Assembly (NCBI GenBank): GCA_964480475.1
Contig: CAYZPW010000009.1
Location: 1 to 52,324 of the forward strand
Direction: 5' to 3'
DNA: 52,324 bases
From: an uncultured bacterium
Lineage (GTDB): Bacteria > B130-G9
Made by a program: the position numbers and the translations under genes
In this document: piece by piece, positions 45,001 through 52,324 of the stretch
How positions within the stretch are numbered: the first letter of the stretch is position 1
Layout: each line of letters begins with the position of its first letter
Notes under the pieces: generated by a model
Databases searched by the model: none
Seen by the model: the letters and a program-made list of their open reading frames with translations, nothing else
What the model was told of the DNA's origin: nothing

Positions 45001-45106
45001 GATCGCCCTTTTCATAGCCGCCGGTAAAGAGTAGGTGATCCTCAATCGCGGTCTCGAAACTGTATTCTGTATATCCCCAGGCATCAGGAAATCGCTTTCC
45101 ATTCAA
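42056..45106 (-). CDS. hsdR: Type I restriction enzyme R subunit (HsdR)
   Basis: 1016 aa. Contains an SF2 helicase/DEAD-like ATPase region and the general layout of an EcoR124-type R subunit. Confidence 0.85.
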   Translation of the reverse strand: MNGKRFPDAWGYTEYSFETAIEDHLLFTGGYEKGDPSAFDPDVALFPDDVIAFIRKTQPEEWSYLESLHKDKARVTLIEDLCRALNSEHEGCLSVLRHGFKCFGKLFRVAFFAPASGLNPDTQELYAANRLTVTRQVKYSREHGNTLDVVLSLNGIPVATLELKNPMTGQTWKDAVRQYRNDRDSRDLIFQFKRRALVHFAVDPDEVHMTTRLGKSAFFLPFNRGDGFGAGNPPNPGGHKTAYLWEEVLARDSFLDILARFIHLQVEEKRFGSKLVKRETMIFPRYHQLDCVRKLVRDAHDKGAGTNYLVQHSAGSGKSNSIAWLAHRLASLYDDRDEKVFDSVVVVTDRLVLDQQLQNTIYQFEHKQGVVQKIDINSTQLADALASASPIVITTLQKFPFVTEKIGDLPKRKYAVIIDEAHSSQGGQSATELKGVLAGAAMREEAEERGIDEVLPDHEEEILRTMAKRGKQPNISFFAFTATPKYKTLEVFGVLGPDDKPRPFHLYSMRQAIEEGFILDVLMNYITYKAYYRLVKSIEDDPDVDKKKAGRALARFMSLHPHNIAQKTEVMVEHFQRFTRHRIGGKAKAMVLTASRLHAVRYKQAFDKYIAKRGYSIKALVAFSGTVIDPDIPDVEYTEVRMNQGIREKELPARFARDEYQVLLVAEKYQTGFDQPLLHTMYVDKRLAGLQAVQALSRLNRTHTGKEDTFILDFVNEPEEILDAFQPYYEQTLVGERAEAKQLYELQARLDAQQVYYRPEVEEFCRVFYKPRRRHTQGDHAKMNACIDPAVARYNQLDAETRDEFRKVLVAYRNLYAFLSQVIPFTDSDLEKLYSYIRLLLTKLPRRDIGPPYDFDDEVALKYYRLQKIGEGSIRLEKGTGGEVSGPTSVGTGTTHDETVQLSLLIDILNERFGTEFKLGDQLFFDSIREDALADAALRQAALANTMENFNWVFSKALEGLFIERMEQNEEMTAKFMNEKDFQDEVRRSLLKQVYDQVRAEEARKEPDATTMEIGL

Positions 45107-45609
45107 ATCGGATATCCAACTCCCTCAGCATGGAGAAAGTATCGCTGGGGGGCAACATTGAACTGAGCGCACACATCGGGAAGTAGAATGCGGTTGCGGG
45201 ATTGCGGGCGAGGCTGCTCATTCGTCACAATAGTAGCGCGATTCGCCATAGCGTAGGCCACCAGCCAGCCATCCGCCTCGGTCGCGAATTTCGCCTTCGC
45301 CTGGTCGAAATACTGCGAGTTTCGCTGCGCCCAAAGCATGATCTCCTCATAGGCGGATATCACGCCTTCGTCAACCGTGGTGATGAAGAATCCTGCCGGC
45401 AGATTATTCTTGACCCATTGAAAAAGGTCTTCGGTCTGCCGTCCGGCAAGCAGTTCGGCTCTAACTCTGTCGATGCTGCAAACGTTTCGCGCTTCATGAT
45501 GGTGAATTAGGCTGTCCCAGAAGCCCGGACATAAAGAAAAGGCGTAGTAGCTGTTCTTCGCCGCAATAAACACGTCAGAGTCCAGGATATAAGGGCGATT
45601 TGCGCTCAT
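45103..45609 (-). CDS. DUF4411-like (PIN-like fold) protein, the partner of the HTH/ImmA gene
   Basis: 168 aa beginning MSANRPYILDSDVFIAAKN. Overlaps both neighbouring genes by 4 bp. Confidence 0.55.
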   Translation of the reverse strand: MSANRPYILDSDVFIAAKNSYYAFSLCPGFWDSLIHHHEARNVCSIDRVRAELLAGRQTEDLFQWVKNNLPAGFFITTVDEGVISAYEEIMLWAQRNSQYFDQAKAKFATEADGWLVAYAMANRATIVTNEQPRPQSRNRILLPDVCAQFNVAPQRYFLHAEGVGYPI

Positions 45610-46757
45610 GGCAGACCAAGCCCCAGACGGTAGGCGTATTCCTGAAAAGCGCCCCCACGCAGGCCGGTAAGGTCATAGGCTTCCTTGAAGCTCACGCGGC
45701 CGCTCTTGGCGGCAAAAATGACGTGCTTGGCGAACATCTCGCCCACGCGAGTATTCTGGTTGTTATAGAAGTTTCCCCCAGCGCCGGCGGAACTTCGCCT
45801 GCGCTCTCTCGCAATATACTCCTTGTAGAATGCGAAAAAAGCCTCCCGCTCGATTAGACGCAAATCCATCGCGCGACGTCCCGCGACGATTGGGCTCACT
45901 TTGAAATGTCGCCCGATGGCTTCAAAAGGCGACCGTTCGCGCCTGACTTGGGGCCAGAGAGTTTTCAGTTCTTGTGCCGGAACAAGGAATTCTGCCGCCG
46001 CCCGATCGCACCATGACTCGACCTTCTCTGATGCGCGAGGCGCCAGACCGACATCCGTCAAAGCGCTCTTCCCAAGCCAGATGTGCGCCAGTTCATGGGA
46101 TAGAGTGAACATCTGGGCCGATTTTGCGTCGGCACCGTTGACGAAAATGAGCGGAGCGTATTCATCACTGAGCGCGAAACCACGAAACTCCTCGACGTCC
46201 AGCTTACGACTCGTGTTGTTTCCAACAACGCCATTGATAATAGCCATAACATTCAGCTTTTCGATAACGCGGCGCAGGGCGCCGAGCGCCTCCTGCCAAG
46301 TCCGCACCTTGGCGGCCCACCGATCCTCCAGGCCCATTATGCGCCGCATTTCGCGTCCCACGGCCTCCGCCTCATCTGTCAAGCGGGCGCTTCCCACGAA
46401 TTCCAGCGGCTCCGCTTCGCATTCGATCAGCGTTTCCCGCAACCAGGCCTGACGGCGCTGCATTGTGTGGACGGTGTCCAGTAGATTAGGGCTCGGGCGT
46501 TCCATATATTGATTGCCGACCGTGCGCAGGTCGGGAATAGGAATTGACTCCTTCGGAGGCGCAGCAAGGAAGAGGTATCCAAACGGCGTATGGGTCGCCT
46601 TGGCGAACTTCTCGAGCTGTCTGAATGTCGGACGTTCCTCGCCACCAAGCCAGGCAGGCAACTTGCCGAGGTCCTTTTGCTGCGCCAGATCATGGACGCT
46701 TCGGCGGGCGCGATCACAGGCCCATAAAAGCAAATCGGGTTTGACGTCAACGCGCAT
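45606..46757 (-). CDS. XRE-type HTH fused to an ImmA/IrrE-family zinc metallopeptidase
   Basis: HEXXH motif within FTLSHELAHIWLG. The N-terminus has the pattern of an HTH domain. Confidence 0.7.
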   Translation of the reverse strand: MRVDVKPDLLLWACDRARRSVHDLAQQKDLGKLPAWLGGEERPTFRQLEKFAKATHTPFGYLFLAAPPKESIPIPDLRTVGNQYMERPSPNLLDTVHTMQRRQAWLRETLIECEAEPLEFVGSARLTDEAEAVGREMRRIMGLEDRWAAKVRTWQEALGALRRVIEKLNVMAIINGVVGNNTSRKLDVEEFRGFALSDEYAPLIFVNGADAKSAQMFTLSHELAHIWLGKSALTDVGLAPRASEKVESWCDRAAAEFLVPAQELKTLWPQVRRERSPFEAIGRHFKVSPIVAGRRAMDLRLIEREAFFAFYKEYIARERRRSSAGAGGNFYNNQNTRVGEMFAKHVIFAAKSGRVSFKEAYDLTGLRGGAFQEYAYRLGLGLP

Positions 46758-46807
46758 GATGCTGACCTTCTGGCATGTAGGTTGTCATCGGAGCTAACGC
46801 CTGTACT

Positions 46808-48052
46808 TTATTCATTGAATGCCTCCCGCACGTCTATCTTGCCGGTCACCGCAGCGGAGATCAGGGCCGTGCGGTATTCTTCTAGAAGTTGCACTGACCT
46901 TGCGATAATCCGCTCAATCTTTCGCTCAGAATACACATGATTCGAGACACATGCTTGTGCCTCCATTGGTGGTACAGGTATTGGCTCTTTTAGTAGAGTG
47001 CCTGCGTTGAGTGGGCGATTACGGCCTGCGGCTCCCCGTGAGTGTTGGTTTAGCAAAAAGTCCCCGGTCTTCGTGGTAAAGAAAGCAAACAGATATGCTG
47101 TCTCCATAAGGTTGGGTTTCCCGCGAATAATCGGGTAGCGGTGCGAAACAACACAACCCGCTTCTTCCTCGCTGGCGACGGCGACAGCGCCCTCCCAAGC
47201 GAATTGCCCACTTAGAATCAGGTCATCATTTTCTATCCAGAAGAAATTGGAGTCGCCAAGATCTGCGCCGATAGTCGGCTCCTTGGGGAAGATTCCGCGC
47301 CCTCGGTTATATAACCCAACTGGGATGTACACGTCATCGTCCCTTCGGGGAATAGGACGGAAGATCTGGTCCGCAACATGCCCTATCCGCATAGTCTGAG
47401 TTGATGCATCCCGGACAGCATCATGAATGAGAGCGGCCCGTTTTTCTCGAAGGAGCTCGATCAGCCGCTCCTTCTTCGCGATCAACACGTCAATCTTCGC
47501 CGTCTCTCGGTCGAGGAACGAGGCGATCGCGCGTTGTTCGGGGAGTGGGGCGACCCAGACAGGTACGCAGCTTAGCTGGCTCTGGTTGATTGCTGGATAA
47601 ACCACTCCTTGGGAACAAGCAACAATAGTCTCGATGACGGCGCTTGACTGAATCATCCTGAAAAGGAACTTAGGTAGAATAGCAGAGCGAGGTCGAAGCA
47701 CAGCAAAACCGGTCGAGACGATCAAGTTATTCGCTGGATCCGGCAGATGTGCAACTGCCCTTAAGTACGTCCGCACAGTGGAGACAATTGTATCCCCATA
47801 TCTGACAATTCGGCGAGCACGGCTCGGAGCGCTTTGGAAGTCAATAACCTGGGGTTGGGCGATTCTCGAATTCGAATCCACGGTGGCTATGTCCAAGTAT
47901 TGCATCTCATATCGTGGTGCAGTGTCTTCGGATAGCGCTTCATTATTGATCTCACAGATGTCTTTTAGTCGCTTAACCTCCCAATGTCTTGGTATCTCGC
48001 CCAGCCAGTCGATGCCGGAGTCGTTGTATTCGGGATAGGGCGGCCAGGTCAT
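46808..48052 (-). CDS. hsdS: Type I restriction-modification specificity subunit (HsdS) with two target-recognition domains
   Basis: Typical organisation of two target-recognition domains plus conserved central and C-terminal helices. Confidence 0.85.
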   Translation of the reverse strand: MTWPPYPEYNDSGIDWLGEIPRHWEVKRLKDICEINNEALSEDTAPRYEMQYLDIATVDSNSRIAQPQVIDFQSAPSRARRIVRYGDTIVSTVRTYLRAVAHLPDPANNLIVSTGFAVLRPRSAILPKFLFRMIQSSAVIETIVACSQGVVYPAINQSQLSCVPVWVAPLPEQRAIASFLDRETAKIDVLIAKKERLIELLREKRAALIHDAVRDASTQTMRIGHVADQIFRPIPRRDDDVYIPVGLYNRGRGIFPKEPTIGADLGDSNFFWIENDDLILSGQFAWEGAVAVASEEEAGCVVSHRYPIIRGKPNLMETAYLFAFFTTKTGDFLLNQHSRGAAGRNRPLNAGTLLKEPIPVPPMEAQACVSNHVYSERKIERIIARSVQLLEEYRTALISAAVTGKIDVREAFNE

Positions 48053-49122
48053 TCGGTCTTTCTCCCGACCGATTTCGAGCCGGTCTTCGGCTTGTTTCTT
48101 GCGGATTTTAGCTGCTTAGCGGAGTTTCGAAGATCATCGAAGTACCGCTTTTCAGCGTCGTCTTCCGCCGCGAGCCGCCGGCGTTCCGCAAAAGCCTCAT
48201 ATTGCTGATCAGCCCATTTCTGAGCGGTCTCATGGCTGGTTGAGCCGGAGCCACCGAGCACGGGGAGTTCCGTATCCCTCAAGAATTTGTCAAGAAACAC
48301 CTCCCAATCGCGCATGCGGATATCCTGCCGCCGCTGGGCGCGGAACTCGGCCTGGTCCAGGAACATGACCGTAATCCGATTGAGCGTGTCGATTTCCTTC
48401 GCGTCCAAGTAGTTTTTCGCTGTGATGATGTCTCGCTTGAGCACACGACTGCCCTTCCACGAGGTCAGGCCCATGTTGGCCTTGTGCGCGTCGGCGCGAC
48501 GCCGAACGATCTCCGCCGCGGTCATGCCCGTTGCCGCGTAGTGAATCTTGTTCTGCGTGGTGGCGAAAAAGATCTGTGTCTCCTGGTCGCCCTCCCGGTA
48601 GTCGATAGCGAGTGCAAAAATCTCCCGTATGCGTTGGTAAACCCGCGCCTCGCTTGCGCGAATCTCGCGGATCCGTGCCAGCAACTCGTCAAAATAATCA
48701 GCTAGCTGGTTATGACCCTTGAGGCGTTCGTCATCTAGCGTAAAGCCTTTGACGAGGTATTCGCGGAGGCGTTCGGTAGCCCACTGGCGAAACATTACAC
48801 CCCGTGGCGACCGCACCCGGTAGCCAACGGCCAGAATCATGTCAAGATTGTAGTATTTGACCGGACGCTGGACCTGCCGAGAGCCTTCCTGTCGAACCAT
48901 TAAGTATTCCTTAATAGTTGCCTCGGCGCGCAGCTCGTTTTCTTTCAGTATGTTACGAATGTGGATGTTGATGTTGGGGACAGAAGTTTCGTAAAGATCA
49001 GCCATCATTGCCTGTGTCAGCCAGGCCGTCTCGTCCTCGAGTCTGACAAGAATCCGATTACAGCCGTCATCGGTCTGGTAAACGACTACTTGGCTGCCAG
49101 GTTCATTCTCTTTCTCGGTCAT
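48049..49122 (-). CDS. RhuM-family protein, a common passenger of hsdM-hsdS loci
   Basis: The block KYYNLDMILAVGYRVRSPRGVMFRQWATERLREYLVKGF is characteristic of the family. Confidence 0.7.
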   Translation of the reverse strand: MTEKENEPGSQVVVYQTDDGCNRILVRLEDETAWLTQAMMADLYETSVPNINIHIRNILKENELRAEATIKEYLMVRQEGSRQVQRPVKYYNLDMILAVGYRVRSPRGVMFRQWATERLREYLVKGFTLDDERLKGHNQLADYFDELLARIREIRASEARVYQRIREIFALAIDYREGDQETQIFFATTQNKIHYAATGMTAAEIVRRRADAHKANMGLTSWKGSRVLKRDIITAKNYLDAKEIDTLNRITVMFLDQAEFRAQRRQDIRMRDWEVFLDKFLRDTELPVLGGSGSTSHETAQKWADQQYEAFAERRRLAAEDDAEKRYFDDLRNSAKQLKSARNKPKTGSKSVGRKTE

Positions 49123-51131
49123 TCGGTCATCTCCCCGAGCATATCGGCGATCTCCTTCTCGACCTGGCTGATATCGGCCTCAATCGCGTCAAGCGGCCTG
49201 GGCGGCTTGTATTTGTAGAAGTAGCGGTTGAAGTTAATCTCGTAGCCGACCTTCGTCTTCGATTCGTCGATCCAGGCGTCGGGCACGTGCGGCAGGACTT
49301 CCCGCTTCACGTATTCTTCGACGTCCTCCTTAAGCGGTACGTTCTCGTGGTCGCGGATCTCCGGGTCCGGCTCAGGATTGCCCTTGGAGTCGAGGCAGAC
49401 GTCGGCAGTCTCGTCGCGCTCCGCAAGCGCCATCAGGACCGCCTTAAATAGCGAAGCTGGAGCCTTGATACCGGCCGCTCTGAATGCTTGCTTAAGGAGA
49501 CTGCTGAACTCATCCCGGTTCTTGATTGAGCCTCTATCCGAGAGCGTCGAGAGAGCTTCGAGGATCGCCTGCTGCTGGAGTCTTCCCGCCTCAATCTCCA
49601 TCTCGATCAAGGCCTCGTCCCTCCGCTTCTTGCTCGTGGCTAGCGCGACGAAGGCTTTGGCCTCCTTCACACTGGCGAGGCGCTCCTCAGTAACCGCGAA
49701 GTTGAGCCTCAGCGGGCGTTCAACCGTTACTCGCCGGTAGCCGAAATGCTCGTTTTCAAAAATGCGCACGAACTCCCCCTCTCTGAAGTCACCGTAGAGG
49801 CGGGTTATCTCATCCCGCTGCCCCTCGCAGATCTCGTTGCGCTTGTTGCCCAGGCTCTTTCGCATCTTCTTGAAGAAGGAAGTCGCGTCAACGAGTTGTG
49901 TTTTGCCCCGGCGCTCGGTGGGCTTGCGGTTGGTGACAATCCAGAGGTAAGTGCTGATCCCCGTGTTGTAGAACATCTGGTCTGGAAGGGCGACGATCGC
50001 CTCCAGCCAGTCGTTCTCGATGATCCACTTCCGGATCTCGCTCTCGCCCGAGCCGGCGGAGCCGGTGAAGAGCGGAGAGCCATTGAAGACAATCGCCAGG
50101 CGTGTCCCTCCGTCGGAAGGGGCCTTCATCTTGCTGATCATGTGTTGAAGGAACAGAAGAGAGCCGTCGTTGATGCGAGGCAGTCCCGCCCCGAAGCGAC
50201 CGCCGAAGCCCTGCTCCTCGTGTTCCTTCTTGACGATGTTCTGCTGCGCCTCCCACTTCACGCCGAAGGGTGGATTGGCGAGCATGTAATCATATCTGCC
50301 AGCCGCAAAGTAGTCCTCCGTGAAGCTGTCACCAAGCCGGATGTGCTCGATGTCCTGTCCTTTGATCATCATGTCCGAGCCGCAGATAGCGTACGCCTGC
50401 TCGTTGTAATCCTGGCCAAATGCCTCGAGGCGCGCGTCGGGATTCAGCTCTCGCACAAACTCTTCGGAAACCGAGAGCATGCCGCCCGTCCCACAGGCCG
50501 GGTCAAAGAGGGTCTTGATGATGCCCCTGGTGGTGAGGATGTCGCTGTCGGGCAGGAATATGAGATTGACCATGAGACGAATGACCTCGCGTGGGGTGAA
50601 GTGATCTCCAGCCTCCTCGTTGCTCGCCTCATTGAAGCGGCGGATGAGCTCCTCGAAGATGTAGCCCATCTCGATGTTGGAGACGGTGTCGGGGTGCAGG
50701 TCGATCTCGCAGAACTTGGAGACGAGGAGAAAGAGGCGATTGGCCTTCTCCAGTTTGCCGATGTGCTCCTCGAAGCCGAAGTTGTCGATGATGTCGCGGG
50801 CGCGGCTTGAAAAGCCCTTGATGTAATGCGTCAGGTTGGCGGCGATGTTGTCTGGCTCTCCCTTGAGCTTCTGGAACGTGAAGCGACTCGTGTTGTGAAA
50901 CGCGTGGCCAGACACCTTGTTGAGGACTGGCTCGACGTTCTTGAACATGCCGCCCTCAAGGCTCTTGAGTCTTGCGAGGACCGCGTCCTTCGTGGGCAAC
51001 AGGACCCAGTCAAGGCGACGCAGGACGGTCATCGGTAGCATGACGTCTTTGTACTGGTTCGGGCGATACGGGCCGCGAAGCAAGTCCGCCACCGACCAGA
51101 TGAAACTGACTTTCTCTCCGAAGTTATTCAT
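49119..51131 (-). CDS. hsdM: Type I restriction-modification N6-adenine DNA methyltransferase (HsdM)
   Basis: Catalytic motif NPPFG within LANPPFGVKWE. An N-terminal HsdM-N region is present. Length 670 aa. Confidence 0.9.
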   Translation of the reverse strand: MNNFGEKVSFIWSVADLLRGPYRPNQYKDVMLPMTVLRRLDWVLLPTKDAVLARLKSLEGGMFKNVEPVLNKVSGHAFHNTSRFTFQKLKGEPDNIAANLTHYIKGFSSRARDIIDNFGFEEHIGKLEKANRLFLLVSKFCEIDLHPDTVSNIEMGYIFEELIRRFNEASNEEAGDHFTPREVIRLMVNLIFLPDSDILTTRGIIKTLFDPACGTGGMLSVSEEFVRELNPDARLEAFGQDYNEQAYAICGSDMMIKGQDIEHIRLGDSFTEDYFAAGRYDYMLANPPFGVKWEAQQNIVKKEHEEQGFGGRFGAGLPRINDGSLLFLQHMISKMKAPSDGGTRLAIVFNGSPLFTGSAGSGESEIRKWIIENDWLEAIVALPDQMFYNTGISTYLWIVTNRKPTERRGKTQLVDATSFFKKMRKSLGNKRNEICEGQRDEITRLYGDFREGEFVRIFENEHFGYRRVTVERPLRLNFAVTEERLASVKEAKAFVALATSKKRRDEALIEMEIEAGRLQQQAILEALSTLSDRGSIKNRDEFSSLLKQAFRAAGIKAPASLFKAVLMALAERDETADVCLDSKGNPEPDPEIRDHENVPLKEDVEEYVKREVLPHVPDAWIDESKTKVGYEINFNRYFYKYKPPRPLDAIEADISQVEKEIADMLGEMTE

Positions 51132-51905
51132 GAGGGTTCCTGCTCATAACATTATCGCGCAGCTCCTCGAGGCTGTCCCCGTAGCAGAGCGTGTTCTTGG
51201 AAGGTCGATCGTATCTCGCACTGCTCTATTCGCGCGCCTGCTCCTTCCCAGGACCCTCGAGAAGTAGCCCTGTTCATAGCGCCTTAACTCCCCGATTGGT
51301 TACGAGGACATCATCTCCACGTTCAGGAGAAGATACATGAGGTCATTGGTGTGGTAAAGAGGAATGGTGAGCCTAGTATGGACCGAGACGAGAAAATATG
51401 TGGGTTGCGGGGCGCGTAATCGAGTATGCCTTGGGGGATGTTTGATGGCTCTATTGCTGGTGGTGGGCGGGCGCGGTGCTATTGATGCGGCAGACGTTCT
51501 CCGACTGCCCCTCGGGCCGGGAGGACTCACGGTCTGTGCTGGCATAGGGGGCAGCCGACCATTGCTCTATTGCCACTCGGCTGATGCCAGCACCCCTGCA
51601 AGAAACGCGGGCTGAAATCTGATAAATCAGGTTCCCGACTCACCGCAGCAAGAGCGTGGGGGAAACTATTGAATTAATGATGGCCAGACGTATGGTCTGC
51701 GTCCATGCTGCCGGTCAATTCGGCGGATTGCATAGGTTGCACGGTGTGTATCCCCTGCGTTTAGCCTGAGCCAGGCTGATCGTTATCTTGCTTTTGCTTG
51801 AGTCCTGTCAGGTCGCTCGATGGTGTTTTTTGCCGGTTCTCGTGATGTAAACCGTCGATGATGGGTGGCGTGGTGTGTGGTGGGCCGGGGCTGTAGTGTA
51901 GTGTG

Positions 51906-52324
51906 TTATGCGGCTTCGGGGAGAGTCTTTGCTTCGCGGATGATGGCCTTCAGGACCTTCTCGATGGTGTTCAGGAGTTTGACCACCTGGGTCGCTGGGT
52001 TCTTGGTGTGTTGTAGGAGGTGGTCATGGACTTTACGGGCTGATTCAAGTTTGACGCCGAAGAGGGAGCCGATGGCAACTGCGACTATGTCAGCTATGAC
52101 TTCGCGCTGGTTCTTGCTGCGCATTCTGTGGTCGGTTGGGAGGGCGTGCTTGTGTTTTGCGTGCGCTAGTTCGTGCCAGAAGACCACCTCGTCAGGGCTG
52201 GCGAGGCCTATTCGCTTGCCGAGCATGCCCTGCTGGTAGTAGCCGATGATGCGATTCTGATATGGGACATTCTCGACCTCTACTCCGAGGCGTTCTGCGA
52301 CATCGAGAAGCCTGTGTTTGGGCA
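51906..52324 (-). CDS. ArdC-like antirestriction/zincin-like protein (partial; the 5' end lies beyond the window)
   Basis: The frame remains open to the window edge. It reads ...VVFWHELAHAKHKH...REVIADIVAVAIGSLFGV...VHDHLLQ, which resembles the ArdC C-terminal HEXXH metalloprotease region. Confidence 0.45.
   Translation of the reverse strand, partial: PKHRLLDVAERLGVEVENVPYQNRIIGYYQQGMLGKRIGLASPDEVVFWHELAHAKHKHALPTDHRMRSKNQREVIADIVAVAIGSLFGVKLESARKVHDHLLQHTKNPATQVVKLLNTIEKVLKAIIREAKTLPEAA

Overview
This window is about 52 kb of GC-rich (roughly 58-60%) bacterial chromosome. Every call below rests on motif recognition in the supplied six-frame translations and on direct reading of the DNA. No database search or external computation was run. 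The lineage is an inference only. Sigma-54 use, system II cytochrome c biogenesis and gas vesicles would fit a Deltaproteobacteria-like or Nitrospira-like organism.

The window divides into five blocks.

1. Positions 1-15,000 hold envelope and housekeeping genes on the minus strand: two degenerate 5'-nucleotidase/metallophosphoesterase-like secreted proteins flanking a NodU/CmcH carbamoyltransferase, a SAM methyltransferase, gmhA, ccsB-ccsA, and a Kelch propeller protein. A low-GC multi-pass membrane protein lies on the plus strand. Two truncated, mutually inverted copies of a DDE transposase gene sit at the window start and near 14.0-14.2 kb. A family of short GC-rich palindromic repeats with GTAGGGGCG ends is scattered through this block and beyond.

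2. Positions 15,784-32,823 form one collinear minus-strand gas-vesicle locus. Read in the direction of transcription, it contains a PAS/partial-receiver protein, a hypothetical protein, an NtrC-type sigma-54 activator, Hsp20, a Cdc48-like double AAA+ ATPase, two GvpF/L paralogs, a PAS histidine kinase, a receiver-only response regulator, gvpA behind a textbook sigma-54 promoter, a GvpC-like repeat protein, gvpN, a small hypothetical protein, a zinc ribbon, gvpF, gvpG, a tandem ArsA/GET3-like ATPase with CxxC motifs, a GvpA-family minor protein, gvpK and gvpJ. The ArsA/GET3-like and Cdc48-like ATPases and the Hsp20 are not canonical gvp components. Their presence inside a gvp operon is the most interesting system-level observation in the window.

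3. Positions 32,830-35,293 form a small decayed islet abutting the 3' end of tRNA-Pro. It holds an orphan HicB, a livF fragment, a transposase remnant and an HNH-domain protein.

4. Positions 35,410-41,405 hold an outer-membrane beta-barrel protein, gap-pgk-tpiA-secG, a 27-bp tandem repeat and tRNA-Leu(GAG).

5. Positions 41,406 to the window end look like an integrated element at the 3' end of tRNA-Leu. It carries a translationally coupled Type I R-M operon (hsdM-rhuM-hsdS-HTH/ImmA-DUF4411-hsdR) with embedded defence genes, and a partial ArdC-like gene.
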